DNA of 64,000 nt from Dehalococcoidia bacterium (GTDB lineage Bacteria > Chloroflexota > Dehalococcoidia > SM23-28-2 > RBG-16-64-32), in contig CAXXTF010000002.1 of assembly GCA_963665775.2 (NCBI GenBank), positions 128,001 to 192,000 of the forward strand, given 5' to 3'. The notes under the pieces are model-generated. The model made no database searches, was not told the origin of the DNA, and saw only the letters and a program-made list of their open reading frames with translations. The number at the start of each line of letters is the position of its first letter. Position 1 is the stretch's first letter. A program made the translations under genes and the position numbers. This document shows, one piece after another, positions 42,518 to 54,086 of this stretch.

Positions 42518-45145
42518 ATGGCGACCCAACTTCGGATCTCTCGTTCCATCCTCTTGGCAGCTCTAGTAGCCCTGGCCCTCGTTACCGGTTCCCATGCCCC
42601 GCTCACGCCCATACCAGCGGCAGCTCAAATCGAAGATCCCATTCCGGAGTCTATCCAGCAAGGCGCCATCACCGTCAGTCTTCAGCCCGTGGCTACGGGT
42701 CTAACCTCACCCAATTGGGGAACCTACGCGCCGGGCGATTCCGACCGTCTGTTTGTCGTCGATCAGATCGGGTCGGTCTGGGCCATCGACCTTGCTACAG
42801 GCGACAAGACCGTGTTCCTGGACGCCAGCGATCGGCTCGTGGACCTCGGCATTGCCGGTCCCGGCTCGTTCGATGAGCGGGGTCTCCTGGGCCTCGCCTT
42901 TCACCCCGACTACACCTCGAATGGCCTCCTCTACACCTACACCTCCGAGCCGGTGAACGGGCAGGCCGACTTCTCCACCATGCCCCCTGCGACAATAGCC
43001 GACCACCAAGGCCTGATCCTCGAACGGGGGGTCCCCAACCCAACCGATCCCGCCTCAATCGTCGATTCCACGAGCCCCCGTGAACTGCTCCGCATCGACC
43101 AGCCTCAGTTCAACCACGATGCCGGCGCCCTCAGCTTCGGACCTGACGGGATGCTCTACGTCTCGCTCGGAGACGGGGGATCCGAGGATGATCAGGGCGA
43201 TGGACACGGGACAACAGGCAACGGCCAGGACCCCGGTAACGTTCTCGGCGCGATCTTGCGTATCGACCCCGACGGGTCGAACTCAGCCAACGGGCAGTAC
43301 GGCGTTCCGGGCGACAACCCCTTCGTGGGCGATCCGGGCTTCGCTGATGAGATCTTCGCCTATGGCTTTCGCAATCCCTATCGCTTCTCCTTCGATTCTG
43401 CCACCGGCGACCTGTACTTAGGAGACGTCGGCCAGAACAACATCGAAGAGGTCAACGTGGTAGTGGCGGGGGGCAACTATGGCTGGAACCTCAAGGAAGG
43501 CACGTTCTTCTTTGACCCCGACGGGAACAACCCAGGCTTCGTGACCCCTGTCGATCCGGGCGTGCCCGCCGGCTTGATGGATCCTATTGCCCAATACGAC
43601 CACGATGAGGGGATAGCCGTCATCGGCGGGTTCGTCTATCGGGGGAGCGCAATCCCGGCCCTCCAAGACCGATACGTCTTCGGCGATTTCTCCCGGAACT
43701 TCTTCAACGATGGACGGCTGTTCTACCTCAAGGCGGGAAACCAGATTTCCGAGTTCTCGCTCGATGGCCAGAACGCACTCGGCCTGTCGCTGCTCGGCTT
43801 CGGGGAGGACGCCGGTGGCGAGCTATATGTGCTCGCTAATGGGACCGGGACGCCTTTCGGCGACACCGGCGTCGTCCTTAGGATCGTTCCGCCCACCACA
43901 CCTCCGGCGACTGGCGAACATATCCGCACCTATAAGGTGGTTGCCGGTCCCGTCCAGGACATTCAGGCGATGAGGTATGTGAACAGCTCAGGAAATGTCT
44001 TTATCGGTGGAAGGAACGGTGGCGGGAATCTGGCCGTGAAGAACGTCTTCACCGGGGCGGACCCGATTCTTTTTGATGTTGGTGGCGTCCAGGGGTTCAA
44101 CTGGAGCAATGCCGTGGGCGATTCCGTAATCGTGGCCGACTTCTTCGGTCCTGGAAGTATAGCCTTCATCGCGGATGGGAGGAACGCACCGACCGAAGTC
44201 TCAACCGTCGTCAACCCGCTATTTCTTAACCCTCAACTCGTCCATGAGCGTTCGGCCATCGTCCAGAATCAGAACGGTGCAAGTAAGGCCTATATTCCCA
44301 GCTTCTTGGAGCATCGAGTCTACATCCTAGACCTGGACGTGCCCGCCGTGACCGGCATCATCCCAGTAGGCACAAACCCTTCCGATGCCCAGATTAGCGA
44401 GAGCACCGGTCGCGCCTACGTCGCCAATACGACCGACGACACTGTATCCGTCATCGACACGGCCACCGATACCGTGATCGCTGTCATCGCCGTGGGAGAC
44501 GGCCCGATACAGATCGCGGTACACCCAACAGCCGGACTGGTATACGTGACCAACGTAAGTGACGACACAGTGTCCGTCATTGACGAAGCAACTGGCACGG
44601 TCGTCGCCACAATCCCAGTAGGTGACGGGCCATTTGGCGTGGGCATCAACCACATCACCGGCTTTGTCTACGTGGCGAATCAGTTCGACGACACCGTCTC
44701 AGTCATAGATGTCGAGACGAACACGGTCGTAGCAACTGTCGACGTCGGTGACTTCCCGACAGCGCTGGCGGTGGTTTCCAGCGCCGGCCTGATCGGCGTG
44801 GCCAACTTCAACGACGGTACGATTTCAGTACTGGCTCACACCCCCACGGAGACCGTCTGGACAGATGTGAACTGTGATGGAATGGCTGACGCGATAGATG
44901 CCCTCCTGGTGCTGCGCCACGTTGTCTCCTTACCGGTAGTCCAGGGAGAGGCTTGTCCAGCCATTGGCACCAACATCGCTGTTGCTGAGGGCGACGACGT
45001 TACGGTCAGGCTGTTCGGCGACGCCGACTGTGATGGTGATGTCGACGCAATTGACTCCCTTAAGAAGCTTAGGGATGTGGCCGGCCTGAGCGTCAGCCAG
45101 ACTGAGCCATGTCCAGACATAGGGAGCCCGGTGCAGATCCCCTAG
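42518..45145 (+). CDS. Secreted PQQ-dependent sugar dehydrogenase-like domain, YVTN beta-propeller and dockerin-like pair
   Basis: Signal peptide; ERGLLGLAFHP, YGFRNPYRFSFD, GDVGQ; YVAN/YVTN repeats; DVNCDG and DADCDG modules. Confidence 0.88.
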   Translation: MATQLRISRSILLAALVALALVTGSHAPLTPIPAAAQIEDPIPESIQQGAITVSLQPVATGLTSPNWGTYAPGDSDRLFVVDQIGSVWAIDLATGDKTVFLDASDRLVDLGIAGPGSFDERGLLGLAFHPDYTSNGLLYTYTSEPVNGQADFSTMPPATIADHQGLILERGVPNPTDPASIVDSTSPRELLRIDQPQFNHDAGALSFGPDGMLYVSLGDGGSEDDQGDGHGTTGNGQDPGNVLGAILRIDPDGSNSANGQYGVPGDNPFVGDPGFADEIFAYGFRNPYRFSFDSATGDLYLGDVGQNNIEEVNVVVAGGNYGWNLKEGTFFFDPDGNNPGFVTPVDPGVPAGLMDPIAQYDHDEGIAVIGGFVYRGSAIPALQDRYVFGDFSRNFFNDGRLFYLKAGNQISEFSLDGQNALGLSLLGFGEDAGGELYVLANGTGTPFGDTGVVLRIVPPTTPPATGEHIRTYKVVAGPVQDIQAMRYVNSSGNVFIGGRNGGGNLAVKNVFTGADPILFDVGGVQGFNWSNAVGDSVIVADFFGPGSIAFIADGRNAPTEVSTVVNPLFLNPQLVHERSAIVQNQNGASKAYIPSFLEHRVYILDLDVPAVTGIIPVGTNPSDAQISESTGRAYVANTTDDTVSVIDTATDTVIAVIAVGDGPIQIAVHPTAGLVYVTNVSDDTVSVIDEATGTVVATIPVGDGPFGVGINHITGFVYVANQFDDTVSVIDVETNTVVATVDVGDFPTALAVVSSAGLIGVANFNDGTISVLAHTPTETVWTDVNCDGMADAIDALLVLRHVVSLPVVQGEACPAIGTNIAVAEGDDVTVRLFGDADCDGDVDAIDSLKKLRDVAGLSVSQTEPCPDIGSPVQIP

Positions 45146-45505
45146 TCGCTTCACCAGCCTCGCCTGTAGGTGAAAGGCAAATATGCCATCAGTCCCATGG
45201 GAGGATAAGCCAATTGAGGCCGTCTTCTTCGAGGAGCCACGGATGCCATGCCAACCGTGGCGTCCGCACCGCCTTTTGTCTGATGCAGGTCTACTGGAGA
45301 GATGTCGGCCTGTCAGGTGATGGAAATCTGAGCTGCAAGGGCAGACGCCGAGGATTGAGGCGGTAGCTTGACGAGAAAGTCGATGCGTCGAGCATTATCT
45401 ACTCCGCTGTATTGGCTCAAATCGCTACCCTCATCGCCCGCCATGTTCTGACTGTCCTCGGGACAGCCGCTCGCGGTTTCCGGGATCCTCAGCCTGGTCT
45501 ACCGA

Positions 45506-46006
45506 GTGGCTATCGGCTCGATAGCGATATTCGCTCTCAGCGTGGGCATCTGGTTTGTGGTTCAGCTTGCTAGCTACGATCCCTCAAGAACCGACGATTC
45601 ACGTGTAATTCTCTATACGCGTGAGTTCCTCAGCAACCCTTCCTTTTGGTTCGAATTCCAGGGCCCGTTTCTTCAGTATGCCACTTACATGTCGCTCGTA
45701 TCATTGACCGGATGGGATGCGCTGGTGCTTATCCCACTTTTCTCTTCAGTTGTACTGGCCTTATTTGTGGGGCATATCAGCCAGAGAATAGTCGGCGGTG
45801 GACACTGGACCTTTCTTGTGGCGGCAATCACATTAGCGTCGCTCCCAATTTTTCTTCGCCAAGCCAGGTTTCTCCCGTTCTACCCCCAACTATTCTATTG
45901 GGCTACGTTGGCTTATGGGCGGCCGCCAACTACTTACGCCATGGGCGGCAGTCGGCACGCAAGTCGGTGGCATTCCAGGGGCCGCGATCAGGCAAGTACG
46001 GCTTAG
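45506..46006 (+). pseudogene. Fragment of a polytopic membrane protein (glycosyltransferase-like?)
   Basis: Hydrophobic frame with a frameshift near 45890. Confidence 0.4.
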
Positions 46007-46314
46007 TCGCGTCGAAAGTGCCCCTGCGAGGGTCCGCACCTTCATTAGAAGTTCGTCTGCGGAGAGTGGCACCTCGCCTCACAGGGCCTCGATGATCTGC
46101 ACCGGCAGCGAGTGTCGTGGCTCGTGGATCGCGGCTACCTAGGTACCCGAAATGCGGAGCTTTGGGGAATCGCTAGCAGCTCGCCCGTAGACTTTCTTGG
46201 AGACTCTCTGCCAGCGATGTTTCAGTCGGCCGCGGGACCCCTCATTCTTGCGCTCGTCGCGCTGGGCACCATTGGGCTTATTCGCCTGCCGTCTTGGTCC
46301 GCGCGGGTAGCTGC

Positions 46315-47442
46315 CCTGCTCATGATGGACCGACTTAAGAACTGGGGTCTCTTTATGGTCCAGTTCCAGGCCACGGACAGCGTCCAACACAACTTTTGGC
46401 ATCATATCGACCCTGACCATCCAAGGTATGACGCAAACGCACCTGATAATCTGCGAGACGCTATTCTAGACCACTGTCGAACCGTGGACAGATGTATTGG
46501 TGACATATTGGCGCGTGCCGGAAGCCAAACCAACGTCCTCGTGGTGTCAGACCATGGAGCAGGACCATTTTACGAGCAGATCCACCTTAACGTTTGGCTG
46601 TGGCAGCATGGCTGGCTTCGGTTCAAGCGCTCTCCAATCACGTTGCTCAGACGATCGCTCTATGCAGCTGGTATAACACCAGAATTTATGAGGCGTCATC
46701 TACTTAGGCGAGCACCTAGAGCAGCTAGAAGGTCCATACTCGCGCGGAGGTACTCGGCCTTGGCCCTGGCCGACCGCGTATTCCTTTCGCTGGAGGATGT
46801 TGACTGGGAAAGGACCAGGGCCTACTCGCACGGAGGTGTTCAGGGTTCGATTTACTTGAATCTAAAAGGCAGGGAACGCAGGGCTGCGTGCCGCTGGCAG
46901 ACTACGAGTCCGTTCTTGCCGAACTCGAAATCAACCTTAGGAAGATGCGCCACCCTCATACGAGACATCCCCTAGTCGAAGATATCCTCCGCTCCAGCGA
47001 CCTCTACGAAGGGCCTTACTCTAAGGACGGGCCTGACCTCTAGCTGTTCAGCCCCAATTCCAAATGCTATAGCCCAGGATTCCTTCAGTTCGTATCTAAG
47101 AAGTGGCTGGGCCCACCGTGGACCAACTGGTCTGGGCATCACTCCATGGACGGGATGATACTGATGGCAGGGCCCGACGCTAAGTACGAAACGCGGCTGC
47201 AGGGAGCAAGTATTGTGGACGTTGCTCCTACGGTGTTGGCGCTCCTTGGCCTTCATGTACCGGACTGGATGGACGGTAAAGTACTCGTGGCTGGAATGAG
47301 CGAGGAATTCTTGGCCCGTAGCTCACCTGCAGTTCCGGACGAAGAGTCCCCTGCCTCCAAGCAGGCTAAGGGTCGACCCTATACCGAGGCCGAGGAAGCG
47401 GAGATCACGAAACGACTAGCGGATCTAGGCTACTTGGAATGA
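46315..47442 (+). pseudogene. AlkP-superfamily phosphodiesterase, 3' part, with a frameshift and an in-frame TAG
   Basis: TDSVQH, VVSDHG, YLNLKGRE, GPDL*, SGHHSMDG, IVDVAPTVL, RLADLGYL. Confidence 0.8.
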
Positions 47443-47637
47443 GGCCCTAAACTCGTGCCGAGTCGGTCAAGGATCCCGAAGATATGGTCGAAGGCCTCAA
47501 GATCGCCAGGAAGTTCGGCCTGGAGATGTATGTGAGCTCCTGACGGTGATGGTGTACGGCTCCTGCATCATCCAGTCGCCACGAGGTGCAGATGATGGGC
47601 AGTTGCTGGCGTCAACCCTTGGGTCGGGATGAAGGAT

Positions 47638-48162
47638 CTAAAACGGGTAGCCCTTGAGCCCTTGGAGCCCCTTGATCGCGGAGATCTCCCCGCTATGGCC
47701 CGCAACATGACCGATGATGGCGGCGCCCAACATGAAGTTGATGGAATGCTTCCCAAGTGGAGTATCGATCTGACGCTCCAATTCCTCAGGCTTGACGCTC
47801 GTCAGGTAAGCGTCGCTGGCCGCGTAGACCGCCTGAGCGTATTTCTGGAGGGCCGGCAAGTCCACTCGGACTTTGCGCCCCCAGTCAGACCAGTCCGCGT
47901 CGCCTTCAGATCCCTGGGGTGGCATGGAGTCCACTCCTGCTTTGCCAGCCCAGGTTGATGCAGCAAGAGGCTGTTTCCCCTGAAACATGCCCTGAACTAT
48001 CATGTCTTCACTAAGCACTAAGTGGGCATATGTAGCAGCTATCGAGTTTGCGAGGCCGGTGGGCTGCCAATGCGCCTGCTCCGGCGTCACTCCCTCGACT
48101 GTCCCGTCCATAAGCCAACGGCTTGTTCCTAAGTGCTCCCGTATAGTGGCTATAGCATCCAC
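47638..48162 (-). CDS. DinB-family protein
   Basis: NSIAATYAHL...HVAGHSGEI. Confidence 0.85.
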   Translation of the reverse strand: MDAIATIREHLGTSRWLMDGTVEGVTPEQAHWQPTGLANSIAATYAHLVLSEDMIVQGMFQGKQPLAASTWAGKAGVDSMPPQGSEGDADWSDWGRKVRVDLPALQKYAQAVYAASDAYLTSVKPEELERQIDTPLGKHSINFMLGAAIIGHVAGHSGEISAIKGLQGLKGYPF

Positions 48163-48333
48163 TACTTCCCCTCCTTAAACGTAAGTCCGCCCTATAACTG
48201 AGGGCGGCTGAAAGCACTATTCGAGATTCCCCATTTCAACTCTGCCCTGATGTAGGACCAGGACCACATGACGGCAGAAGCATACTGATAGCAATGCGCG
48301 GTGTCAACCAAGCTCCCCTCTGCACGATGCGCC

Positions 48334-48717
48334 TCAGTCGGGTAGCTGAACGAGCACGAAGCCGTTGCCGTCGGGATCATTGAAAAGTGCCTGCATCGCC
48401 CCCCACTCCTGGAGCGTCGGCGCCTCCGTGAACTGAACCCCTCGGTCGCGCCAAGTCCTGTACGTTTCGTCGATGTCGTCTGTGAGAAGGACGCAGCCAT
48501 GGCTGTGTCCGATTCGCGCTTCCCAGTCGTCACCTCCGAAGCCAGATGCGAGTACGAAATCGGTGGCTTCGCCGGGCGGCGCCACCGTTAGCCAGCGCAG
48601 ACCTTCGCCCATCGGCGAGTCCATCCGCTTTTCGAACCCCAGCGCGTCGACATAGAAGCGTAACGCCTCAGCCTGGTCCTTCACGTAGATCGGAACGGTC
48701 CCCAGCCGGATCGCCAT
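48334..48717 (-). CDS. VOC/glyoxalase protein
   Basis: VKDQAEALRFY, RWLTV, FNDPDGN. Confidence 0.9.
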   Translation of the reverse strand: MAIRLGTVPIYVKDQAEALRFYVDALGFEKRMDSPMGEGLRWLTVAPPGEATDFVLASGFGGDDWEARIGHSHGCVLLTDDIDETYRTWRDRGVQFTEAPTLQEWGAMQALFNDPDGNGFVLVQLPD

Positions 48718-49027
48718 GGTGGCCCCTCCCTGGATTTACACGACGGCTGAACGATAGGATCTATATGGTAACAGGCTGCACCGCAGAAGCTACGCCGCTG
48801 AAACCGCGAGGCGTATCCGTGACGATCCTGACGGCTGCGTGCCGGCTTCGCATGATCGGGAGATGGACGAGTTGGGCCGCCGCCTCTTGCAGGCTCTGAA
48901 GGGCTGGACGCTCGTAGGTGAGTCGCGCTACATCTGCCACCAGGGGGGTGAGGCCGCGGGTGACAGAAGCTAGAGGCGCAGCTCCCCGTATAATGGGCCT
49001 ACAAATGCTCATCCGAGGAGACGACCG

Positions 49028-51511
49028 ATGACAACTCAACAGGCGCCGAAGGAGCCCTCCGCGGACGGAGAGGCGGCCCTGGCCGGTTATCGCGTCCTGG
49101 ACCTGGCCGACGACAAGGGGCTCTACTGTGGCAAGCTCCTAGCCGACCTGGGCGCTGACGTTATCAAAGTGGAGCCGCCCGGCGGCGACCGCACACGCCT
49201 CGTTCCGCCCTTCTATCACGACGAGATGCACCCTGAGAAAAGCCTCTCCTTCCTCTACCTGAACGCCAATAAACGGAGCCTCACCCTCGATCTTGCCGGC
49301 AGCGAGGGGAAAGCCGCTTTCCAGAGGCTGGTCGCTACCGCCGACGTAGTCCTGGAGACCTTTACGCCGGGCTATCTGGATGGCCTGGGTCTGGGCTATA
49401 AGGGCCTTCGCGATATAAACCCTCGCCTGATCATGACCTCTATCACCGGCTTCGGCCAGACGGGGCCCTATCGACATTTCCAGAGCTGCGACATCGTGGC
49501 CCAGGCCATGGGCGGGCTCATGTACGTCACCGGCTACGCGGAGGACCCGCCCAACCTGATTGGGGCGCGCCAGGCCTACTATCTCGCCTCCATTCATGCC
49601 GCCCTGGGTACGCTGGTCGCCCTCTATTATCGGGAGAGAACGGGAGTGGCCCAGCAGGTGGACGTCTCCCTTCAGGAGAGCTGCGCCGCCGCCTTCCAGC
49701 CCGGCATCATCTATTGGGACCTGCGCCGCGAGCTCCGCCAGCGAGGCGACGATGTGCACCGCGCCGGCCAAGGCATCCATCGCTGCCGGGATGGCTACGT
49801 AGCCTTCCATGCCGGCCCGCGCAATTGGCCCGAACTCTTGAAGCTCCTGGACGAGGAAGGGCTGGATCACGACCTCCATGACGAGCAGTGGGAGAGCCAG
49901 GAAGCACGTTCGGCGGGGCGTCAGCACATCGACGCGATCTGCGCCGAGTACTGCCGTCGCCTCACTGTAGAGGAAGTGTGCGAGAGGTCGCAACGGAACC
50001 GTCTGTTCAGCTTCCCCGTCTTCGATGCGCAGCAGCTCAGCGATGACTCACAGCTCCGCTCCCGCGACTTCTTCGTCAAGATAGAACGTTCCGACCTGCC
50101 GGAACCTATCACTTGTGCCGGCGCCCCTTATCGCCTGTCCGCTACGCCCTGGCGCATCCGGCGGCAGCCTCCACTCATCGGGGAACACGACGAAGAGATC
50201 ATGGCGGAGCTTGATGCCCCACAGCCCCGGAGGCCATCGTCCCCTCAGGGGTCGAAAGCGAAGGAAATAGGCCCCGCGCTGCCGCTAGAGGGCGTCCGGA
50301 TACTGGACTTCAGTTGGTTCGGTGTCGGCCCGATCGCCACCAAGATCATGGCCGACCATGGGGCCGAGGTCATACGGGTGGAATCGGAGGCGCGACTGGA
50401 TAGCCTGCGCTCCGCGGCACCCTTCCCCCCCGACAAGCAGGGCGACATCAACGCCAGCGGGTACTTCAACGCCTTCAACAGCAGTAAGTTGGACATAACG
50501 CTGGACCTCAACGAGCAGGAGTCCTGGAATATAGTGATGCGGCTGGCGGCTATCAGCGACGTTGTCACAGAGAATTTCGTGCCGGACGTAATGAAACGCC
50601 GCGGCCTCGGCTACAGCGAGATGTGCAAGGTCAATCCGGAGATCATCCTGGCCAGCATGCCGGCAGTGGGCCTAGCCGGTCCGCGCAGCCACTATGGTGG
50701 TCTCGGCTCCGGAATTAAGGCCATCGCCGGCCTCAGCGCCCTGACGGGCTTCCCCGACCGCCCACCAATCGGCCCAGCCGGCTCCTACCCGGATTTCGTG
50801 ATCAACAGCGGCCACGCGGCCATCGCTATCATGGCCGCCCTCCTCCATCGCCAGCGCACGGGCCGGGGCCAGCTCGTCGAACTCCCCCAGTACGAATCCA
50901 CGGTAGCCGTCACCGACACGTCCATACCGGAGTACTCGGCCAACGGGCGGGTGCCGGGGCCCATCGCCAATCGCAGCCCGGAGGCCGCTCCCCACGCGGC
51001 GTATCGCTGCCGGGCCTCCGTCAGGGAGGGTGAGGACGACTGCTGGTGTGTCATTGCCGTGTTTACCGAGGAGCAATGGCGGGCCTTCTGCCGCGCAGTG
51101 GGTAACCCGCCCTGGACAGCCCGGCCGGAGTTTGCCACCCTCGTGGATCGGCTGGCCCATCAGGACGAGCTGGACCGGCTGGTGACGGAGTGGACGAGGG
51201 TGCGAACCGCCGAAGAGGTGATGCACTTCTTACAGGGGGCGTACGTACCGGCAGGCGTGGTCCAGACCAACGAGGATCTCCTGGATAGGGACCCCCACCT
51301 GCGGGCCCGCGGCTATTATGTGTATCTAGACCACCTGGAGGTGGGTCGCTCCGCCTACGACGGCGCTCCCTTCAAGCTCTCGGCCACCCCCGGCGGCCCG
51401 CGCCGGGCAGCCCCCCTCCTCGGCCAGGACAACCAGCATGTCTTGAAGAACATCCTGGGCCTGGCCGAGGAGGAGATCAACCGGCTGGCCGTGGCAGGGG
51501 TCATCCGCTAA
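49028..51511 (+). CDS. Fused double CaiB/BaiF CoA-transferase
   Basis: Two family III domains (LADLGADVIKVE; MADHGAEVIRVE). Confidence 0.92.
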   Translation: MTTQQAPKEPSADGEAALAGYRVLDLADDKGLYCGKLLADLGADVIKVEPPGGDRTRLVPPFYHDEMHPEKSLSFLYLNANKRSLTLDLAGSEGKAAFQRLVATADVVLETFTPGYLDGLGLGYKGLRDINPRLIMTSITGFGQTGPYRHFQSCDIVAQAMGGLMYVTGYAEDPPNLIGARQAYYLASIHAALGTLVALYYRERTGVAQQVDVSLQESCAAAFQPGIIYWDLRRELRQRGDDVHRAGQGIHRCRDGYVAFHAGPRNWPELLKLLDEEGLDHDLHDEQWESQEARSAGRQHIDAICAEYCRRLTVEEVCERSQRNRLFSFPVFDAQQLSDDSQLRSRDFFVKIERSDLPEPITCAGAPYRLSATPWRIRRQPPLIGEHDEEIMAELDAPQPRRPSSPQGSKAKEIGPALPLEGVRILDFSWFGVGPIATKIMADHGAEVIRVESEARLDSLRSAAPFPPDKQGDINASGYFNAFNSSKLDITLDLNEQESWNIVMRLAAISDVVTENFVPDVMKRRGLGYSEMCKVNPEIILASMPAVGLAGPRSHYGGLGSGIKAIAGLSALTGFPDRPPIGPAGSYPDFVINSGHAAIAIMAALLHRQRTGRGQLVELPQYESTVAVTDTSIPEYSANGRVPGPIANRSPEAAPHAAYRCRASVREGEDDCWCVIAVFTEEQWRAFCRAVGNPPWTARPEFATLVDRLAHQDELDRLVTEWTRVRTAEEVMHFLQGAYVPAGVVQTNEDLLDRDPHLRARGYYVYLDHLEVGRSAYDGAPFKLSATPGGPRRAAPLLGQDNQHVLKNILGLAEEEINRLAVAGVIR

Positions 51512-51648
51512 CCCAGCGGCGATCGTGAGGTGGTGGCTGGTTGCGAACGCAAGGATCGGGAGCTCGGCCACAGAAGGCGTTTTGCCGGGCTTGGGCCAAG
51601 AACCCCTTGAGTCATGTCGAGGGGGTGGCAGTCGCTCGAAGGTTGCTC

Positions 51649-52947
51649 ACAGAAGTGGCTCCGGAAATCTGAACCGGGGGATAAGTGGGATCGCTGCCTG
51701 ATTGAGGGCATGATAGTGCTCTCGGAGACAGGAGCGAGAGATGAGCAGACGACCCCGCCGTAACCACTCGGCAGAGTTCAAGGCGAAGGTGGCTCTTGCC
51801 GCAGTGCGCGGCGACCGGACACTTTCGGAGCTGGCAAGCCAGTTCGATGTGCACCCGAACCAGATCACGCAATGGAAGACCCAGTTGCTGGATCGGGCGG
51901 CGCAGTTATTTGGCGCCGGGATAGGGCAGGCTGAAAAGCCGGTAGATATGAAGGTCCTTCACGCTAAGATCGGTGAGCTTGCGTTGGAGAACGATTTTTT
52001 AGAGGCCGCGCTCACGAAGGCGGGATTGCCGGGCGCAAGGCGATGATCGACCGCGATCACAAGCTGCCTCTCGCCCGCCAGGCAAAGGCAGTGGGCATCA
52101 GCCGCGGGAGCATCTACTACCGGCCGCGGCCGGTGGGCGAAGCCGGTCTCGGACTGATGCGCCGCATCGATGAGCTGCACCTTGAGTATCCGTTTGCAGG
52201 CAGTAGGATGATGCGAGGCCTGCTCCGCCAGGAGGGACTCTCCTCCGGGCGTAGACACATCGCCACACTGATGCGGCGGATGGGCATCGAGGCGCTGTAC
52301 CGCGCTGTACCGCAAGCCCAACACCAGCCGGCGACGCCCCGGCCATACTGTGTATCCGTACCTGCTGCGCGGACTTGAGGTGAGCAGGCCCAACCAGGTG
52401 TGGGCAATGGACATCACGTACATTCCGATGGCCAGGGGGTTCGTGTACCTAGCCGCAGTGATGGACTGGCATAGCCGCAAGGTGCTGGCCTGGCGGGTAT
52501 CGGTCACAATAGACACAGGCTTCTGCGTGGAGGCGCTCGAAGAATCCCTGGGACGCCACGGCGCGCCGGAGATATTCAACACAGATCAGGGAAGCCAGTT
52601 CACAAGTGACGCCTTCACCGGCCTGCTGAAAGCCAATGGGATCCAGATCAGCATGGACGGGAGGGGAGGCTGGAAGGATAATGTGTTCGTCGAACGGCTG
52701 TGGAAGAGCGTCAAGTACGAGGAGGTGTACCTGAGAGCCTACGAATCGGTCCCGGAAGCCAGAATTGGACTCGGGCGGTACTTCGAGTTTTACAATGCCG
52801 GACGGCCCCATTCGAGCCTTGGGGGAATGACGCCGGACCAGTTCTTTGACAGAGTGCCTGCCGAGTCCGAGGCGGCCTAACGCACGGCAGCGCGATTCCA
52901 CTTATCAAACCGGGCAGCGCTGTTCAGACAAACGAGACCACCTCTCA
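51649..52947 (+). mobile_element. Second IS3-family element (orfA 51741-52046; orfB 52043-52880, frameshifted)
   Basis: Imperfect IRs; FKAKVAL, WAMDITY, NTDQGSQF; 10-bp duplication at 52292-52311 breaks orfB. Confidence 0.9.
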
Positions 52948-53005
52948 CGCCTTCTTCTTGGCGGGACGCTTGGGTGGGTGCAGGCGACACTATGAGTTAA
53001 TAGCG

Positions 53006-53893
53006 CTACTCGGCCAAGAACCCTTCCACCACCTGCAGAAAGGTAGCCAGTTGATCGTGCTGAACCCAGTGCCCGGCGCCCTCGACTACCACCGACCGGC
53101 AGTTAGGGATTACGGCGGCCCTACGCCCCCACGTGTCACGAGAGAGTGAACTTTCACTTCCAGTCATCACCAGGACAGGGGCACTAATGTTGGCCCAGAC
53201 CTCCTCGGCTTCCCTGTAATCGAAGCCGTAGTTTCTCGTGTAGTTATCGAACTTCCACGAGTAGGTCCCGTCGGCATTTCTCCTCGTGCCGTGCGATGCT
53301 AGGTGCTGCGCCATTTCGCGTGTTAGGTGGCGATTCGTCGCCATCATTCGATCCGTAGCATCTTCTATTGAGCGATAACTATGAGGCCGGCGCTGTTCCA
53401 TGTCGCGTATCTGTTTGATCCATCGGCCGATGCGGCTGTGCGCAGCTTCGTCACCATCGACTTGATGCTGAGGCATCGTCGACCCGAGTCCTTCAACGCT
53501 GATTACCTTGGCGACTGTCTCGGGAAATATTCCCGCATAGTAGAGCGCTATTATGCCGCCGCGGGAGTGGCCTATGATCGTGACGGGGGGCTGCAGCGCG
53601 TCGACGAGGGCCGCGATGTCCAGGACCCACTCCTTGATTTCGTACCGACCGCCGATTGCCCACTGGCTGTCGCCGTGCCCTCTCAGGTCCGGCGCATATA
53701 CGGCATAACGATCGCTGAGCGCCTGGGCGACCGGGTCCCAACTCCGGCAGTGATCCAGGCCGCCGTGGATTAGCAACAGTGGTTGGGATTGCCTATCGCC
53801 CCACACGACATAGTGCAGTCGGAGGCCGCCGGATGTGTAGTCGAAGGACGCCGGCTCGTCAATACTAGCGGCCCCTGGCCCGTGTACCTTCAC
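53006..53893 (-). CDS. Alpha/beta hydrolase
   Basis: IHGGLD, DLRGHGDS, GHSRGG, GAGHWV. Confidence 0.92.
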   Translation of the reverse strand: MKVHGPGAASIDEPASFDYTSGGLRLHYVVWGDRQSQPLLLIHGGLDHCRSWDPVAQALSDRYAVYAPDLRGHGDSQWAIGGRYEIKEWVLDIAALVDALQPPVTIIGHSRGGIIALYYAGIFPETVAKVISVEGLGSTMPQHQVDGDEAAHSRIGRWIKQIRDMEQRRPHSYRSIEDATDRMMATNRHLTREMAQHLASHGTRRNADGTYSWKFDNYTRNYGFDYREAEEVWANISAPVLVMTGSESSLSRDTWGRRAAVIPNCRSVVVEGAGHWVQHDQLATFLQVVEGFLAE

Positions 53894-54086
53894 AGTTTAA
53901 TTCTCCCTCAAGTACGAATCCGACTTACGCCATCCCGGGCAGAATGCGACTTATCGGTCGCATCGCATGCTAGGGCATTATACACGGGCAAGTACCCAGA
54001 CGCGTTAGGGCTGAGCCCTTGAACGAGGAGTCTATAATGACCACGGAATATACGTGAGTCGGAGTAGCCAGAGGGGTGTAACACGG

